Sequence record: NC_028999.1
Direction: 5' to 3' (one strand)
DNA: 64,000 nt
Under the pieces are notes generated by a model. That model ran no database searches. It saw only the letters and a program-made list of their open reading frames with translations, and was not told the DNA's origin. Made by a program: the position numbers and the translations under genes. This document shows, piece by piece, positions 10,268-21,848 of this stretch (the stretch's first letter is position 1; every line of letters begins with the position of its first letter).

Positions 10268-11920
10268 TTAGTCTCTAGCGACTGGATCACCAGTCATGTA
10301 CCTGAGGGTGAGGTTCAGCGTGTGAATGTTGATACTAAACGCCAAGCCACCACCAGCTTTGATGTAAGCCAAACGAGATTTGAAGAACTTATCGGATTCC
10401 TCGATTGCCTCTTTGGAGTACACGGCATTAAACGATACCGTGTCACCATCGAAGTCGGCAGTGAGTGGAGCCAGGACCGCTGGCGATACCGACGTAGAGT
10501 CGTGCCACTGCGCAATTTCGTTGAGTTCAAAGACGGGGTATTCGATAGCTGGTTGTGCGGTTAGATCCCTCTCCCAGTTGTAATCCAATGGATAACGCAT
10601 CTCACCTTTTACAGTGGTCTTAACGTACATCTTCATCGGGATCGAACTGTTGTAGTTCTCTACTGGATAGCGGGTAACGAATGCGGAATTCTTGTACCAC
10701 ATAGGTAAACCAGCGAGGTAAACCAACTCGGAATAAGTAATCGGACGAACGAACTTCTTGTGACGATCTTTCGGTAGATCTTCAATGTCACGGAAGATCT
10801 TGTAGTTCTGTTGATCATCCAAATAAACCAGTGCTAGATAGTGATCAGCAATCTCAATCGGCCGACTACGTTGGTCAATAACCTTGAGTTCGTTAATGAC
10901 TCGCTCAAGCCCTTCTGGCGTACCCCAAGTATCGAGGTCTTCAGCAGTGATGTCAACCCATTCCCGTTTGAGCGTCTTCTTATTAACCAATTCAACGCGG
11001 TTAGAGATACTGTCAAAGATCTCACCGACCACTGAATTCCGCAGATGGAAGATCGTCTTGGGTTTAACAGAGACGGCGCCTTGATACAGACCTACCACCG
11101 CATCTTTAAAGCGTGGTCGGTTGGGCGCATCCAGATCCGCAGCGTTAGTATCCAATGAAGAGATCACGTTACGCGTACCGTTTTGTACACGACGGGAAGC
11201 CCACTTGGATTGGATGTAGCCGCCCTTACCAGAAATCAACCGTTCAAAATGACCATAGATCTCCAGTACTGTGTTCTGCATGGCAACACGTTTACGGTCG
11301 TAGATACTCAGGTCGTCGTTAGGACCAAAGAACTCAGGCACACCAAATGACTGGTTGAGTAGATAACGATATTTTTCGTTGATCTCATCCATCGATACTC
11401 GACCGTCAGCGTCGATCTCAGCTTCACGGTAAGCGGCTGGAACAACCAACACATCTTGCATGATACACCGATCTTTGTACTTCTCGATCAGCTGAAGACG
11501 GTTCAGACGGATACCGGATTTGGTACCCCCGAATTCAATCTTACGCCAGTTGTTAAAGAAGAATGTATAACCGGTTTGACCTTCGAGTTCATTAGACCGA
11601 GCGAAATCTCTCCCTATTGGATCGAACACAGCAAAGGCTTTACCCAGGATGATTTCTTCGTAGAATGCCCTGAGTTTGATTAAGTTTCGGTAGATTACTG
11701 GGTGGATAATATCAAGTCCTAAGTGGATGTAACCGAAGTTGCCTTCACGTTGCTTAGAGCCAACTCGCCCGAAGATCTCCACCGAGAACAAACCTTTCTC
11801 ATGGAAGTTACCACCGGTACCTTCAAAGATCTCATGACTGGTGACTTGTCCCACGCGTAGCAACTGAGCCTTGGTAGGGATCAGTAGATCAATGTTAAAT
11901 GGGACTAACGCTTTCCTCAT
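10268..11920 (-). CDS. Virion RNA polymerase beta'-like subunit (gp180-like)
   Basis: GLFSVEIFG, FGYIHL, SRRVQNGTRNVI and catalytic ADFDGD motif. Confidence 0.92.
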   Translation of the reverse strand: MRKALVPFNIDLLIPTKAQLLRVGQVTSHEIFEGTGGNFHEKGLFSVEIFGRVGSKQREGNFGYIHLGLDIIHPVIYRNLIKLRAFYEEIILGKAFAVFDPIGRDFARSNELEGQTGYTFFFNNWRKIEFGGTKSGIRLNRLQLIEKYKDRCIMQDVLVVPAAYREAEIDADGRVSMDEINEKYRYLLNQSFGVPEFFGPNDDLSIYDRKRVAMQNTVLEIYGHFERLISGKGGYIQSKWASRRVQNGTRNVISSLDTNAADLDAPNRPRFKDAVVGLYQGAVSVKPKTIFHLRNSVVGEIFDSISNRVELVNKKTLKREWVDITAEDLDTWGTPEGLERVINELKVIDQRSRPIEIADHYLALVYLDDQQNYKIFRDIEDLPKDRHKKFVRPITYSELVYLAGLPMWYKNSAFVTRYPVENYNSSIPMKMYVKTTVKGEMRYPLDYNWERDLTAQPAIEYPVFELNEIAQWHDSTSVSPAVLAPLTADFDGDTVSFNAVYSKEAIEESDKFFKSRLAYIKAGGGLAFSINIHTLNLTLRYMTGDPVARD

Positions 11921-11972
11921 TTTACTTTCCTCTTAGGGGTTAGCGGTTAACGATATGACTGTTTAGATATCG

Positions 11973-14900
11973 ATGGAGTTAACTATGGCCAGCAAAAAGA
12001 CCACGCTGCCAAAGCCCAAGGGGATCAATCCCCAAGGGTCTATTGTTCAGCTTGATCTTGACGACTTTGATGATCTGTTTGACGAAGACTTCGGATTGCC
12101 CAAAAAGAACAGTCCGTATACGGACTTCAAATCGGGCCTGAAGAGTGGATTCCTCGACAAATTCAAGACCACCACGGTTCTCAAGAACTTCCTACGTCAT
12201 GCAGCACCAGATGGATTCAACCGCTTGTTCGGCGTGTATGATGATCTTGTTACCAGTGCAAAAGACATCAAGGATTCTGTTGAGCGTACCAACGCTGCTG
12301 ACTTGGATTATCTGGGTCGTAAGGCAAAGTCTTATTTGCCGTACCTGGAAAAACACATTCCTAATACGCTTTACAAATCGATGGACGAAGGTCTGTCGCG
12401 TAAGCTTGAGCAATATAACTACGAAATGGAAGCTGGTCGTGACCAGATTGCCATCCGTAAACGGGCTCAGCAAGCTGCTGATGAAAATGAAATCAAGGCA
12501 GCACTCGACCAGAACACCCTGGTAAGTAAAGAGAACTTCCAGCGCTCCGAGCAAGGCATTATTAAACGTGCCGCCATGGAGAAGGCTGAAAGAAATATTA
12601 GGGATAAGATTTCCGCAGGTCGTTTCGATTTTACATCTCGTGCAATGAGCATGGCTGTAGACAGCCTGACTCGGATCTCTGCTTATCATGAGCAAGTAAG
12701 CTACGGGATGCAACGTAAGAGTCTGGAACTTCAGTTCCGTTCTTACTTGGGTATTCGTGATCTGGTTCGCCTGACAGAAGCCAACATGGAACTTCAGGAC
12801 CGTGCTTTCCAAGCATTGGTTCGTAACACTGGCATCCCGGAACATAAGAAAGCGGGCATGGGTAGTGGTTTACTTGGCTTTGGTGACGGTAGAGGTAATG
12901 CCAGTTTCGCTAAAGCCTTGGCAGGAGCCGCTTTCTCCACTCTTCCTGGCTTCATGGGGAACTGGGGTGGTCAGGTAGAAGATCGAGTTAAGAAGTCTCT
13001 CAGTGGTCGCTTGGCAGACATCGTTTCGGCTGCTCGTATGGGTGAGGGGGCTGGTTCCTTCTGGGATCAGCGTTACAATCTTGCCGGTATGATGGCTGGA
13101 GAATTTGGTTCTGATGTAATCAATGATCACATTGCCCCATGGCTGGGTTCTAAACTCCGACCTGGTGCTACTAGGTTAGCCCAGCGATTTGGTGGGCGCC
13201 ATAACCAACTGAACTATACGCTGGACAATATCCCAGCCTTCTTGCAAGAGTTTGTTAACAACTCGCAAAACCAGTACGGTTGGAAAGGCACCGTCCGTGA
13301 CATGATAGCTCCGTTCATCCCTCAGTTCTCCTTAAAGGACCGACTGGATAATGGAACCTATCAAACAATTGACCAGCAAACTGCTTTTAACCAGTTGACA
13401 CAACGGTCGATCACTGAAGTCATTCCTGGCTTACTGTCACGTGCAGTACAGGAACTGCGTATGATCCGTACTGGCCGTAATGATGTTGAGCGGGAAGTCT
13501 TTGACATCACTACTGGTAAATTTACGGTTGAGAAAACTGCTCAAGACAACGTCATGCATCGCGTTATTCCCAAGACGGCTATTCGTAACACGTCCGGAAT
13601 GATCAATGATGCACTCAATAACCTCGATCAAGAAGGTCAGTTGTCTCCAGCGGCACGTAAAGCTCTCAGCGAGAGGTTACTGCGTGATGCTTCAACTAAT
13701 CGTCGTTTTGACCCTAACGCATATATCCGTGCTGGGGGTTACGCTGATGGTCTGTCGCCGGATGTTACAAACGAACTCAGTCAGTTCTTCCGTGGGAAAT
13801 TCCAGTTCGACGACAAAGGTAAGATGACGGATACCGCGGCCAACCATCAACTCCGTGATGAGTGGTCTCGGGCTTTCTTGGACATTCGTAGTGTTTCACG
13901 TGATCCGATAAAAGAGATTCATCGCCTGGTGAACGCCGGTCATACCGAATCTCTGCGTATGCTCGGTATCATCGTTACTGAACAAGGTCAGGATAAGATC
14001 AACTACAACCGCGTTTGGGAAATCCTGCGTAGTGGTGTTTCGGATAACAATCCGTACGCTGGTGGTCCGATGCCTGATCCGGAACAAACGGGTACTCCTG
14101 GCGATAAGGGTTTTGTTGGTCCTGCCTATCCAGGTGCTGCGAAAGCTGGTGCATTAAATGCGATGGTGAGATTCCGTCGTAAATATGCCCCTGAAGAACA
14201 ACGCGCTCGTGACGAGTGGAACAAGTTTGCAAACAACATGCGTGGTCGTTACGGTTCCGCTGCTGACCAAATCAGGGAAGCTGGCGGTTTCGGAGACTGG
14301 ACCAATTCGATGTATGGTCGGTATAGCCCGAAAGTATCCGGGATGGCCACCGACGTAGTCGAACGAGCTAAAGCGTTCGCTGAGCGCCATAAGCCCGGTG
14401 CTGTTGATAGCATGATGAGTCGAGCCAAGGCTCTGGCTGGAAACTTCTTCCCCAACGGCCTTAGTGCTGGCGGTGTGTTGGATGCAGCCATGGGTTATGG
14501 GAAGAGCGCATATAGCCAGGCTATGTCGCAGATGCCTGGGATGAACGACGCCGCTGGCTCGTACGTCCAAGAGGGAATGAATAAGATCATGGACTTGTAT
14601 TCCAAGTTCGATCCGAAAGTACCCCTTATCAAAGGCACCGATTTCATCCAAGGTAAGCTCATTGACCTGAACACCAAGAAAGTCATTACGAAACCCAGTG
14701 ATATCACAGGTGCTGTGATTAACATGGCTGGTATGACTGTCCTCACAGCTCAAGAAGCTGCAAACGGTCTGTTCGATATTACGGGTCAGATGGTCATTAA
14801 GACATTGACCAATAATGGTGATATCTCTAATGCCGTATCTAAAAATACTGGTGGAATGGGTGCTGCTGCGAACGACGCAGAAAATCCTAACGAGGAGAAA

Positions 14901-17900
14901 GACCTAGAGGAACAAGACTGGTGTATCGACGGTGATCCGGATCCGATTATCACATCCCGTGGTCTGAAGAACGGTTCGTATTTCGATTCGGTAACAGGTG
15001 ACGTGGTTACGAAGCTGAACGAAGTTAAAGGAGATATTCTTGACAAGTTCGGTAACATCGTAGCGACAGCTAAAGAACTTGCAGTTGGTTTGATCTCTCG
15101 GAAAACGGGTAAGCGTTGGCGTTTGAAGAAAGGCCCGAAAGCCATTCTGAACATCATGGGTAAACTGGGTAAGTTTGGTAACATGACAGCTCACCAAGCT
15201 GCCTGGGGTATGATTAAGTTTGGTGCTAAGGCTGCCTTAGGTATTGCCTCAAAAGCATTTAACTTTGTGGTGGAAACACAGAACGCTTATCTGCCTGATT
15301 CTGATGACCCTGTATTCGAACGTCGTAAGTGTCATAATGGCGAATACTTCGATGAGAAGGGTAATGTGATCGAGAACTTCGCTGATGTCTATGGACAAAT
15401 CTACGATGCCAAAGGAGAACCCATTCTACCATTAGAACAGTTCAAGGATCTCATTAACTACGACGGCACTAAACATATCCTGGCTAAGAACAAAAAGCTT
15501 ATTCGACGTACATTAAATCGCGGCATTCGAGCTTTGCGAAAGAAATACGTCAACATGTCTAAGCGTTATTGGAAATGGTTGGGACGCACCAGCGCCAAAC
15601 TTGCCCCCAAGGTGGGTAGAAAACTCCTCGGCGGTTTTGCTAGCGCCGGTGGAGCTATCATGAACCGTCTTGTGGAGCGAGTTCCTTACGAAGACTTTGA
15701 AACGACGGATCAAGTATTGTTGGGTCAGATCCTGGAGACTCTACGGGGTACTCAGGAACAGCAAGTCCGCGAAGGTAGCTGGCAAGATCAAGCCGCTAAG
15801 AAAGCAGAAGCCGCAGAACGAGAAAGCCTCTTTGGAAGCTTAGGTGGACGCAAAGGCGAAGGTGATCAAGAGAAAGCCCAGAACATCTTCATGAGAGGTC
15901 TAACCAAGGGACTGCAAAGTGTCTTTAGTAAGATCACTGGTAAAGATGCTGATGAAGATTCCGGTATCATGGATCTCATCTTGGGTGGTGGTAAGAAAGG
16001 CGGTGGTAAAGGTCGATTGGGTGGGATGCTGGCTCGTGCAGCTCCATACGCTGCGGCCGGTGCTGCTACAGCGGTAGGTACAGCCATTACCGCGAAGAAG
16101 TTCAATGATCAAGGATTTGACGGCAAGGAAAGCGGCTTACTCACCGCACTGTCGGCAACAGCTCCGGGCAAGTTAATGACGGACTGGATCATTGCTCCAA
16201 CCATGTTGAAATTCAAGAACGTTGACAAATTGACGAAGCCGTTCATTCTGCTTCGGATGGCGCAGTACGGTATTACTGACCTTGATCAACAGAGTAAGAT
16301 CTTTACTCTTGAACAAGAGTTCGAGAAATCCGCAACACGTGGTGAACGTTCTGACATCAGCATGGAAGCCGTAGGTGCGAAACGGGTATTTGAGATTCTG
16401 GATATCAAACCAGATGACAAAGCGCGTATCAAAGCGATGGCTGATTGGTTACAACTTCGTTTCCGACCGATCTTCAACGCCTATCTGAACGCTCTGCATT
16501 CAGTAGACAAAGATAATATCAATGTCACTGAGATGGACGACAAGCTCCCCAATGAGTTAAAGGGTGCTGTACTGGAAAAAGTGAAGTTCCCGATGCTTGG
16601 GGATACGCCGTACCAGTACCGGATGAGTCCGTTCGATCCAGAAGGCAAGCTGGAAGATACAACTGCGGATATCACGGAACGCTTTGAGAAGTACACCAAG
16701 ATGTTTGCAGGGGTTAAGGCCCTAGCTTTAGCGAATAAGAATAAAGTCGCTAGAGACAAGGCCATGGCAGGCGAAGCTGCCAGTACTGTTCAGGATGCAG
16801 CTAAAAAGGCTGTAGACACGGCAGTTAAAGGTAGCCCGCTGAGTATGGTTGCTCCCGGTGTTCCTTCACCATTGGCTCCAGTAGATCCGAAATCTAAGAT
16901 GCAACTCAAGACAGCCTTGGGTGGCACTGCGGTAATCACTGGTGTAGGTAAGCTAGGTAGTTCTCTGACTGGCCTACAGGCAATCCGTATGCGGGCTTAT
17001 GGTCTGCAAACGATGGCCTACTCTGACGTACAAGCGTTGCTGTCGTTGGAGGCCAGGTTTGTAGAAGGTCTGAAGATCAGTAACGGCGAGGCAAATTACA
17101 CAGGGGATACGGAAGATCTGATTCAGACTACCGCCCCACTGTTTGGTAAGGACCCTTCCGATGGATCGAAAGATAGAGTTGGGTACGTAAACTGGTTACT
17201 GTATCGCTTTGCTCCGGCATTCCGCGCATACATGCTAGCCTCTTCCCAGTTTGCCCCCAGCGCCAACCTAAATGGATTGGAATCCAAGCTCAAGCCTGGT
17301 GATAAAGTAACTGTTGCAAACGCTGTATTGGGTGCTGCTGATGGTGGGAATTCAGTCTGGAAACAAGCCAGTATCTTCGAGATCAAAGGAGACCCTGAAG
17401 ATCTTAAGAAATTGGCCGAAGCCGACTTGGAACACTTAAAGCAAGAAGCAGAGAAAGACATTGCTGCTTCCCCAACTCAATCAGCGGGTTCTCAGGCTGC
17501 TGGTAAGGCAGCTGCTGATGCCGGTGGTTCATTTGCCGACAAAGCAGTAAGCAGTATTAAGAATGCCTGGGAGAAGACGAAAGACACCGCTGCAACTGCT
17601 TGGCAAAATACCAAAAATGCAGTGAGTGCTGGCGTTGACAACGTCATGGACATGAAAGATGCGGCAACGTATCGCATGGGTCTGGCGGGCGAAGTCAAAG
17701 CAACAGGTAATACCTACGGGTCTCTAGCCCAAGGTAATGGTGGTCAGTGGGAACAAATCCCCATGCCTAAGCAAAACAAATCCGCAGCAGCTGCTCGTGA
17801 GACGCTGTCGGTTGTAGCGCAAATGGTGGGGGTACCTGTTGAACTGTTGATGATCTTCTGTGCTATCGAGTCCAGCTTCGACTGGAATGCTCGGGCAGGT

Positions 17901-18944
17901 ACGTCTAATGCATCTGGTTGGTTCCAGTTCATTAACAGTACTTGGGACGGCATGATCAAGAAGTACTCGGCTAAGTATGGTTTACCCGCCGATACGCCAC
18001 AGCGGAGTCTCCGGATGGATCCTCGGATCAACGCCCTGATGGGTGCCGAGTTCGTCAAAGAGAACTTCACGATCCTGCAAAATGCGTTGGGTCGTGCTCC
18101 GACTGACGTTGATCTGTACGTTGCACACTTCATGGGGCCATACGGCGCTAAGAAGTTCCTGATGAAAGATCAGAACTCCATCGGTGCCGCTGTATTCCCG
18201 AAAGAAGCCGCTGCTAACCGGACAATCTTCTACAAGAACAAAGGTACTGGTCCTGCCCGTACCCTTGGTGAAATCTATCAGACCTTCGAATCCTTGGTCG
18301 CTCGTTTCCGTAAGATGGCGGGTGGTACCGGTTCGGACGTTAAGATGCCACAACAGCCTGGTGAAGAGAAATCTTCTCAGGAACTTGCTGAAGAACAATC
18401 CAAGCAGGCTGCAAAATCTGGGAGTGCAGCAATTAGTGCATGGGATGTGGATACCTCTGACAATGCCAGTGATGCTGCCGTCGCAAGATCGGAAGCCTAT
18501 CTGGCAAATCAGGGTAAACCACAAGTACCGGTTTTACCGGGTATTACCCCCATGTCCACTGCGCCTGTACCGGCTGGCACTACATCGCCAGATGGTACGC
18601 AGACTGGTGCAACGCCATCTGCGGATTCAGGCGTGAGTGTGGCTGCTGCTGGTACGAATGCACGTGTGGAAGCTGCACAACAGCAAAACACCATTCGCCA
18701 GCATGAGATTCGTCAATCGCAACAAGTTCAACAGAAAGCAATTGATGTGCAAGGTGAGCAACTCGCAATCCTCATCCAGATTCGAGATCATCTCGCTATT
18801 CTGGTTGCCGCTGCACAATCAAAAGGTTCTATTGAACAGCAACAGGTACAGACCGGCAGTGCAGGAGGCGGTAATAATATGACCTCTACTCAACGCACCA
18901 GCCGGCCGGCCCTTGATCGGCCATCACCGCTGAAGCTGCAATAA
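11973..18944 (+). CDS. Giant tail-associated lytic transglycosylase (phiKZ gp181-like)
   Basis: 2323 aa with an SLT motif near the C-terminus (FCAIESSF...ASGWFQFINSTW...LYVAHFMG); follows the gp180-like gene; true start may be ATG 11985. Confidence 0.88.
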   Translation: MELTMASKKTTLPKPKGINPQGSIVQLDLDDFDDLFDEDFGLPKKNSPYTDFKSGLKSGFLDKFKTTTVLKNFLRHAAPDGFNRLFGVYDDLVTSAKDIKDSVERTNAADLDYLGRKAKSYLPYLEKHIPNTLYKSMDEGLSRKLEQYNYEMEAGRDQIAIRKRAQQAADENEIKAALDQNTLVSKENFQRSEQGIIKRAAMEKAERNIRDKISAGRFDFTSRAMSMAVDSLTRISAYHEQVSYGMQRKSLELQFRSYLGIRDLVRLTEANMELQDRAFQALVRNTGIPEHKKAGMGSGLLGFGDGRGNASFAKALAGAAFSTLPGFMGNWGGQVEDRVKKSLSGRLADIVSAARMGEGAGSFWDQRYNLAGMMAGEFGSDVINDHIAPWLGSKLRPGATRLAQRFGGRHNQLNYTLDNIPAFLQEFVNNSQNQYGWKGTVRDMIAPFIPQFSLKDRLDNGTYQTIDQQTAFNQLTQRSITEVIPGLLSRAVQELRMIRTGRNDVEREVFDITTGKFTVEKTAQDNVMHRVIPKTAIRNTSGMINDALNNLDQEGQLSPAARKALSERLLRDASTNRRFDPNAYIRAGGYADGLSPDVTNELSQFFRGKFQFDDKGKMTDTAANHQLRDEWSRAFLDIRSVSRDPIKEIHRLVNAGHTESLRMLGIIVTEQGQDKINYNRVWEILRSGVSDNNPYAGGPMPDPEQTGTPGDKGFVGPAYPGAAKAGALNAMVRFRRKYAPEEQRARDEWNKFANNMRGRYGSAADQIREAGGFGDWTNSMYGRYSPKVSGMATDVVERAKAFAERHKPGAVDSMMSRAKALAGNFFPNGLSAGGVLDAAMGYGKSAYSQAMSQMPGMNDAAGSYVQEGMNKIMDLYSKFDPKVPLIKGTDFIQGKLIDLNTKKVITKPSDITGAVINMAGMTVLTAQEAANGLFDITGQMVIKTLTNNGDISNAVSKNTGGMGAAANDAENPNEEKDLEEQDWCIDGDPDPIITSRGLKNGSYFDSVTGDVVTKLNEVKGDILDKFGNIVATAKELAVGLISRKTGKRWRLKKGPKAILNIMGKLGKFGNMTAHQAAWGMIKFGAKAALGIASKAFNFVVETQNAYLPDSDDPVFERRKCHNGEYFDEKGNVIENFADVYGQIYDAKGEPILPLEQFKDLINYDGTKHILAKNKKLIRRTLNRGIRALRKKYVNMSKRYWKWLGRTSAKLAPKVGRKLLGGFASAGGAIMNRLVERVPYEDFETTDQVLLGQILETLRGTQEQQVREGSWQDQAAKKAEAAERESLFGSLGGRKGEGDQEKAQNIFMRGLTKGLQSVFSKITGKDADEDSGIMDLILGGGKKGGGKGRLGGMLARAAPYAAAGAATAVGTAITAKKFNDQGFDGKESGLLTALSATAPGKLMTDWIIAPTMLKFKNVDKLTKPFILLRMAQYGITDLDQQSKIFTLEQEFEKSATRGERSDISMEAVGAKRVFEILDIKPDDKARIKAMADWLQLRFRPIFNAYLNALHSVDKDNINVTEMDDKLPNELKGAVLEKVKFPMLGDTPYQYRMSPFDPEGKLEDTTADITERFEKYTKMFAGVKALALANKNKVARDKAMAGEAASTVQDAAKKAVDTAVKGSPLSMVAPGVPSPLAPVDPKSKMQLKTALGGTAVITGVGKLGSSLTGLQAIRMRAYGLQTMAYSDVQALLSLEARFVEGLKISNGEANYTGDTEDLIQTTAPLFGKDPSDGSKDRVGYVNWLLYRFAPAFRAYMLASSQFAPSANLNGLESKLKPGDKVTVANAVLGAADGGNSVWKQASIFEIKGDPEDLKKLAEADLEHLKQEAEKDIAASPTQSAGSQAAGKAAADAGGSFADKAVSSIKNAWEKTKDTAATAWQNTKNAVSAGVDNVMDMKDAATYRMGLAGEVKATGNTYGSLAQGNGGQWEQIPMPKQNKSAAAARETLSVVAQMVGVPVELLMIFCAIESSFDWNARAGTSNASGWFQFINSTWDGMIKKYSAKYGLPADTPQRSLRMDPRINALMGAEFVKENFTILQNALGRAPTDVDLYVAHFMGPYGAKKFLMKDQNSIGAAVFPKEAAANRTIFYKNKGTGPARTLGEIYQTFESLVARFRKMAGGTGSDVKMPQQPGEEKSSQELAEEQSKQAAKSGSAAISAWDVDTSDNASDAAVARSEAYLANQGKPQVPVLPGITPMSTAPVPAGTTSPDGTQTGATPSADSGVSVAAAGTNARVEAAQQQNTIRQHEIRQSQQVQQKAIDVQGEQLAILIQIRDHLAILVAAAQSKGSIEQQQVQTGSAGGGNNMTSTQRTSRPALDRPSPLKLQ

Positions 18945-18948
18945 CTTT

Positions 18949-18974
18949 GAGGCCACTCCTTCGGGGGTGGCCTT
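18949..18974 (+). terminator. Intrinsic terminator after gp181-like gene
   Basis: gaggccactcc-ttcg-ggggtggcctt followed by a T-rich run. Confidence 0.7.
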
Positions 18975-18995
18975 ATTTCGTCAAAGGAAACCAAC

Positions 18996-20972
18996 ATGGC
19001 AACCGATATAAAACCAATTTGGTTACGACAAGCCTTTCTGTTGCCCGTATCCGACAACAAGAAACACTTCGGCTCTGGCACTCGCCGCCGCTATGCTAAC
19101 TCAGCAGCATTTAAATTCACCAACACCACATTAGGTGGTAGCTTCGCTATTAACATGTTACCCCAATACACCAGGTATGCAGACATTCGTCAACCTGGTC
19201 GGGGTCGAACATACGAACAACGTTTCGATGGCATGGGGCGGTATTATTCCGAAGCTCATGATGACACCAAGCAAGAACTACACATGTCGTTCGGTGTGCC
19301 ACGTTTTAGTAGTTGGTCTGGATTCTTCACGAACTTCTACGACCGCTCAGCTGCTGCATTAGCCAACACCGGTGTAGCTGGTGGAGCTTGGTATAACTTG
19401 GGTAACGTTGGCGGGTTATTGGTTACATTACCACTGCAACCGTTTATCCTGGGTATTACAGGCGTTTCTAAAGTTATCTCGTTCCTGTCCAAGACTCAGC
19501 CCTCTAAATGGTTCTATTTCAAACCGACCATGCACGCATATTGGTCAGCGGTTAATACCTTGGCAAACGAATTTGCTATCGGCCTTGGTATCACCCCATG
19601 GGTTTGGGATAACACAGCTAAACCACTGACTGATCCAGGTCAATCGGTTTCGGAAGAAGACGTTAAAGGAATGCACAAAATCTTCCCAGGGTTATTCCGT
19701 GAAGATGGTGGTGTAGACATTATGGCTCTTGCTGGTCGTACACAGCGAATGTCTGACCAAGCACAGCAAAACTTTAAGGCCATCGCTGAGAAAGCCGAAT
19801 CCATTGAAGCACTGCAAGCGGCGGTGGATGAAGAATACTCCAAGATGCCTGACGACCCAGGCGCTGGTGCAGATGCTCGTAAATACTTCCTTGATTATCT
19901 AAAAGCAGATAACCGCGCAGCAGACGACTCTGGTATCGTAGATACGGAATCGTTTAGTACGTGGAAAGACCTCAAAGGAGTTTACGACTTCGTGGTCGGT
20001 GCACAACACGACGGCATGCAATTTGTTACTCTGCGTGCTGATTATAATGGGGAGGTTTCCGAATCTTTCAGCAACTCCACACGCGATGTTGGTGTCGCTC
20101 AAACCCTGAATACTAAGGTGGGGGAAGGGCGCGCCGCTTCATTTGACTTCATGGGTGGTAACATCACTGAAGGGGTTGGAGCAGCTGTGGACATGGTCAA
20201 GAGTTTTGTTTCTGGGGCACTGGATACTATCAACATGAATGGTCTGGCTACGTTAGCGGGCGCTGCATTTGTTGATGTACCGGAATACTGGGACAGTGCA
20301 ATGGCATCTTTGCCGTCAGCACAATACACGATTCCCTTGATCAGTCCGTATGGTAATGTTATCTCCCGTTTCATGAATATCTACATTCCGCTGGCTATGA
20401 TTCTCCCGATGGGCTTGCCCCGTTCGGCTGGTCGTTCAGCGTACACAGCTCCGTTCATTTGTCAGATCTACCACAAAGGTCGCGTACAAAGACAACTGGG
20501 CATCGTAGATTCTATACAGATTCGTCGTGGTGTAGGTAATGTCGGCTGGAACGCCGAGCATCAGATGCTCGGTTGTGAAGTTACCATCAGTGTCAAAGAC
20601 CTCTCTAAGCTCATGCACATCCCAATCAAAGGTGGCTTCGCTAGTCCGTCATGGCTAGGTACAGTTACTCGGGGTGCGGTAGCAGAGCTTGCTGACCTGG
20701 CTGGTGGTGAGGGCGCACAAGCTGCTGCCATTGCCTTAACCAACGGCGCGGTCTGGGATGAACAGAGTTTGTTCAACGACTACGTTGCAACACTGTGTTC
20801 TCAATCCTGGGCTGATCTGTATTACGCTGGAAAGCGTTTAAACCTCAATATCACTCGTGTAACGCAAGATTTCAAATCTTGGAAGTCCCCATCCAACTTC
20901 ATGAGTTGGGTACTGGACGGCGAGGTTGCACGGACGGTCTCTGCATTCATGCAGACAACTGATCGCTTCTAA
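18996..20972 (+). CDS. Virion structural (tail/baseplate) protein, gp182-like
   Basis: 658 aa ORF with RBS aagga, directly after the gp181-like gene as in phiKZ. Confidence 0.7.
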   Translation: MATDIKPIWLRQAFLLPVSDNKKHFGSGTRRRYANSAAFKFTNTTLGGSFAINMLPQYTRYADIRQPGRGRTYEQRFDGMGRYYSEAHDDTKQELHMSFGVPRFSSWSGFFTNFYDRSAAALANTGVAGGAWYNLGNVGGLLVTLPLQPFILGITGVSKVISFLSKTQPSKWFYFKPTMHAYWSAVNTLANEFAIGLGITPWVWDNTAKPLTDPGQSVSEEDVKGMHKIFPGLFREDGGVDIMALAGRTQRMSDQAQQNFKAIAEKAESIEALQAAVDEEYSKMPDDPGAGADARKYFLDYLKADNRAADDSGIVDTESFSTWKDLKGVYDFVVGAQHDGMQFVTLRADYNGEVSESFSNSTRDVGVAQTLNTKVGEGRAASFDFMGGNITEGVGAAVDMVKSFVSGALDTINMNGLATLAGAAFVDVPEYWDSAMASLPSAQYTIPLISPYGNVISRFMNIYIPLAMILPMGLPRSAGRSAYTAPFICQIYHKGRVQRQLGIVDSIQIRRGVGNVGWNAEHQMLGCEVTISVKDLSKLMHIPIKGGFASPSWLGTVTRGAVAELADLAGGEGAQAAAIALTNGAVWDEQSLFNDYVATLCSQSWADLYYAGKRLNLNITRVTQDFKSWKSPSNFMSWVLDGEVARTVSAFMQTTDRF

Positions 20973-20982
20973 AGGAAAAACT

Positions 20983-21351
20983 ATGTCTCTTCTGAAAACC
21001 ATCGGTCTTAAACTCATTGGCGCCAAAGGCATTGCCGAAATTGAAAGCGCTGCCATTGCTTCGGCTGCAAGTGGCATCATCTCCAAAGCGGTAGATGAGG
21101 CAACCCCACGCATCACCCGTGAAGCTATTGCCGCTCAAACCTACACCGAACTGCGTGTACGCCTCCTTAGTAAACTTCTGGGTGGCGAAGACAATGTAAT
21201 TAGCTGGGCTGATAAAGTAGCCGAATCTAAGCTCCAAAACAAAAATCCGGTGGTGCTGCGTAGCAAGCTAGTGAAAGAACTCAAGGAAATCACAGGCGAT
21301 AGCACTCGTGCTGGCGCTACTGCTGATCTGCTCCTTGATTCCCTGAAGTAA
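20983..21351 (+). CDS. Hypothetical protein
   Basis: aaagga RBS then ATG 20983 (MSLLKTIG...). Confidence 0.65.
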   Translation: MSLLKTIGLKLIGAKGIAEIESAAIASAASGIISKAVDEATPRITREAIAAQTYTELRVRLLSKLLGGEDNVISWADKVAESKLQNKNPVVLRSKLVKELKEITGDSTRAGATADLLLDSLK

Positions 21352-21362
21352 GGAGAGACCGA

Positions 21363-21848
21363 GTGCTTCATTTCATCACCCCAATGATTCAAGCGTGTCG
21401 AGCTGTATTTGACAAAGAAGCTCTGAAGAAGAGTATCACGAACAAATTGACGAAAGAAGACGTCAAGCAATTGGCGCTCCAACGTCTGTCTCGTGAAGAG
21501 ACTGCACAGCTGGCTGCGAAAGCACACGGTCACGCTAGTTTCGAACAACTGATCGAGCAGTGGAACACCAGTTTATTGGGGCGCCCTGAAGCACTTGAAC
21601 ATCAAGCTCGTAGTGTGATCCTGCGTAATTGTCCTGATGCTCGTGCTTCGGACTCCTTTGAGCAATTTACTCTCCGGGCATTGGTTAGCGATACACTACT
21701 CGCTGAGCAAACAATGAAGAACATGCTCAAGAAGAAATCCTATGTACTGACAGCAGTCAAATATCGTCTGCCAGGCATTACCAAATCCGAAGCAAACCTG
21801 ATGGTTGAACTCCTGGTTCAACTGTCCAAAACTTACAGGGGCAATTAA
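21363..21848 (+). CDS. Hypothetical protein
   Basis: 161 aa ORF, aaggag RBS, stop/start overlap with the next gene. Confidence 0.65.
   Translation: MLHFITPMIQACRAVFDKEALKKSITNKLTKEDVKQLALQRLSREETAQLAAKAHGHASFEQLIEQWNTSLLGRPEALEHQARSVILRNCPDARASDSFEQFTLRALVSDTLLAEQTMKNMLKKKSYVLTAVKYRLPGITKSEANLMVELLVQLSKTYRGN

Noticed and set aside
21828-21836. AAAACTTAC middle-promoter-like motif before the Tad1-like gene
   Set aside because: At the expected spacing the start would fall inside the coding sequence; probably chance
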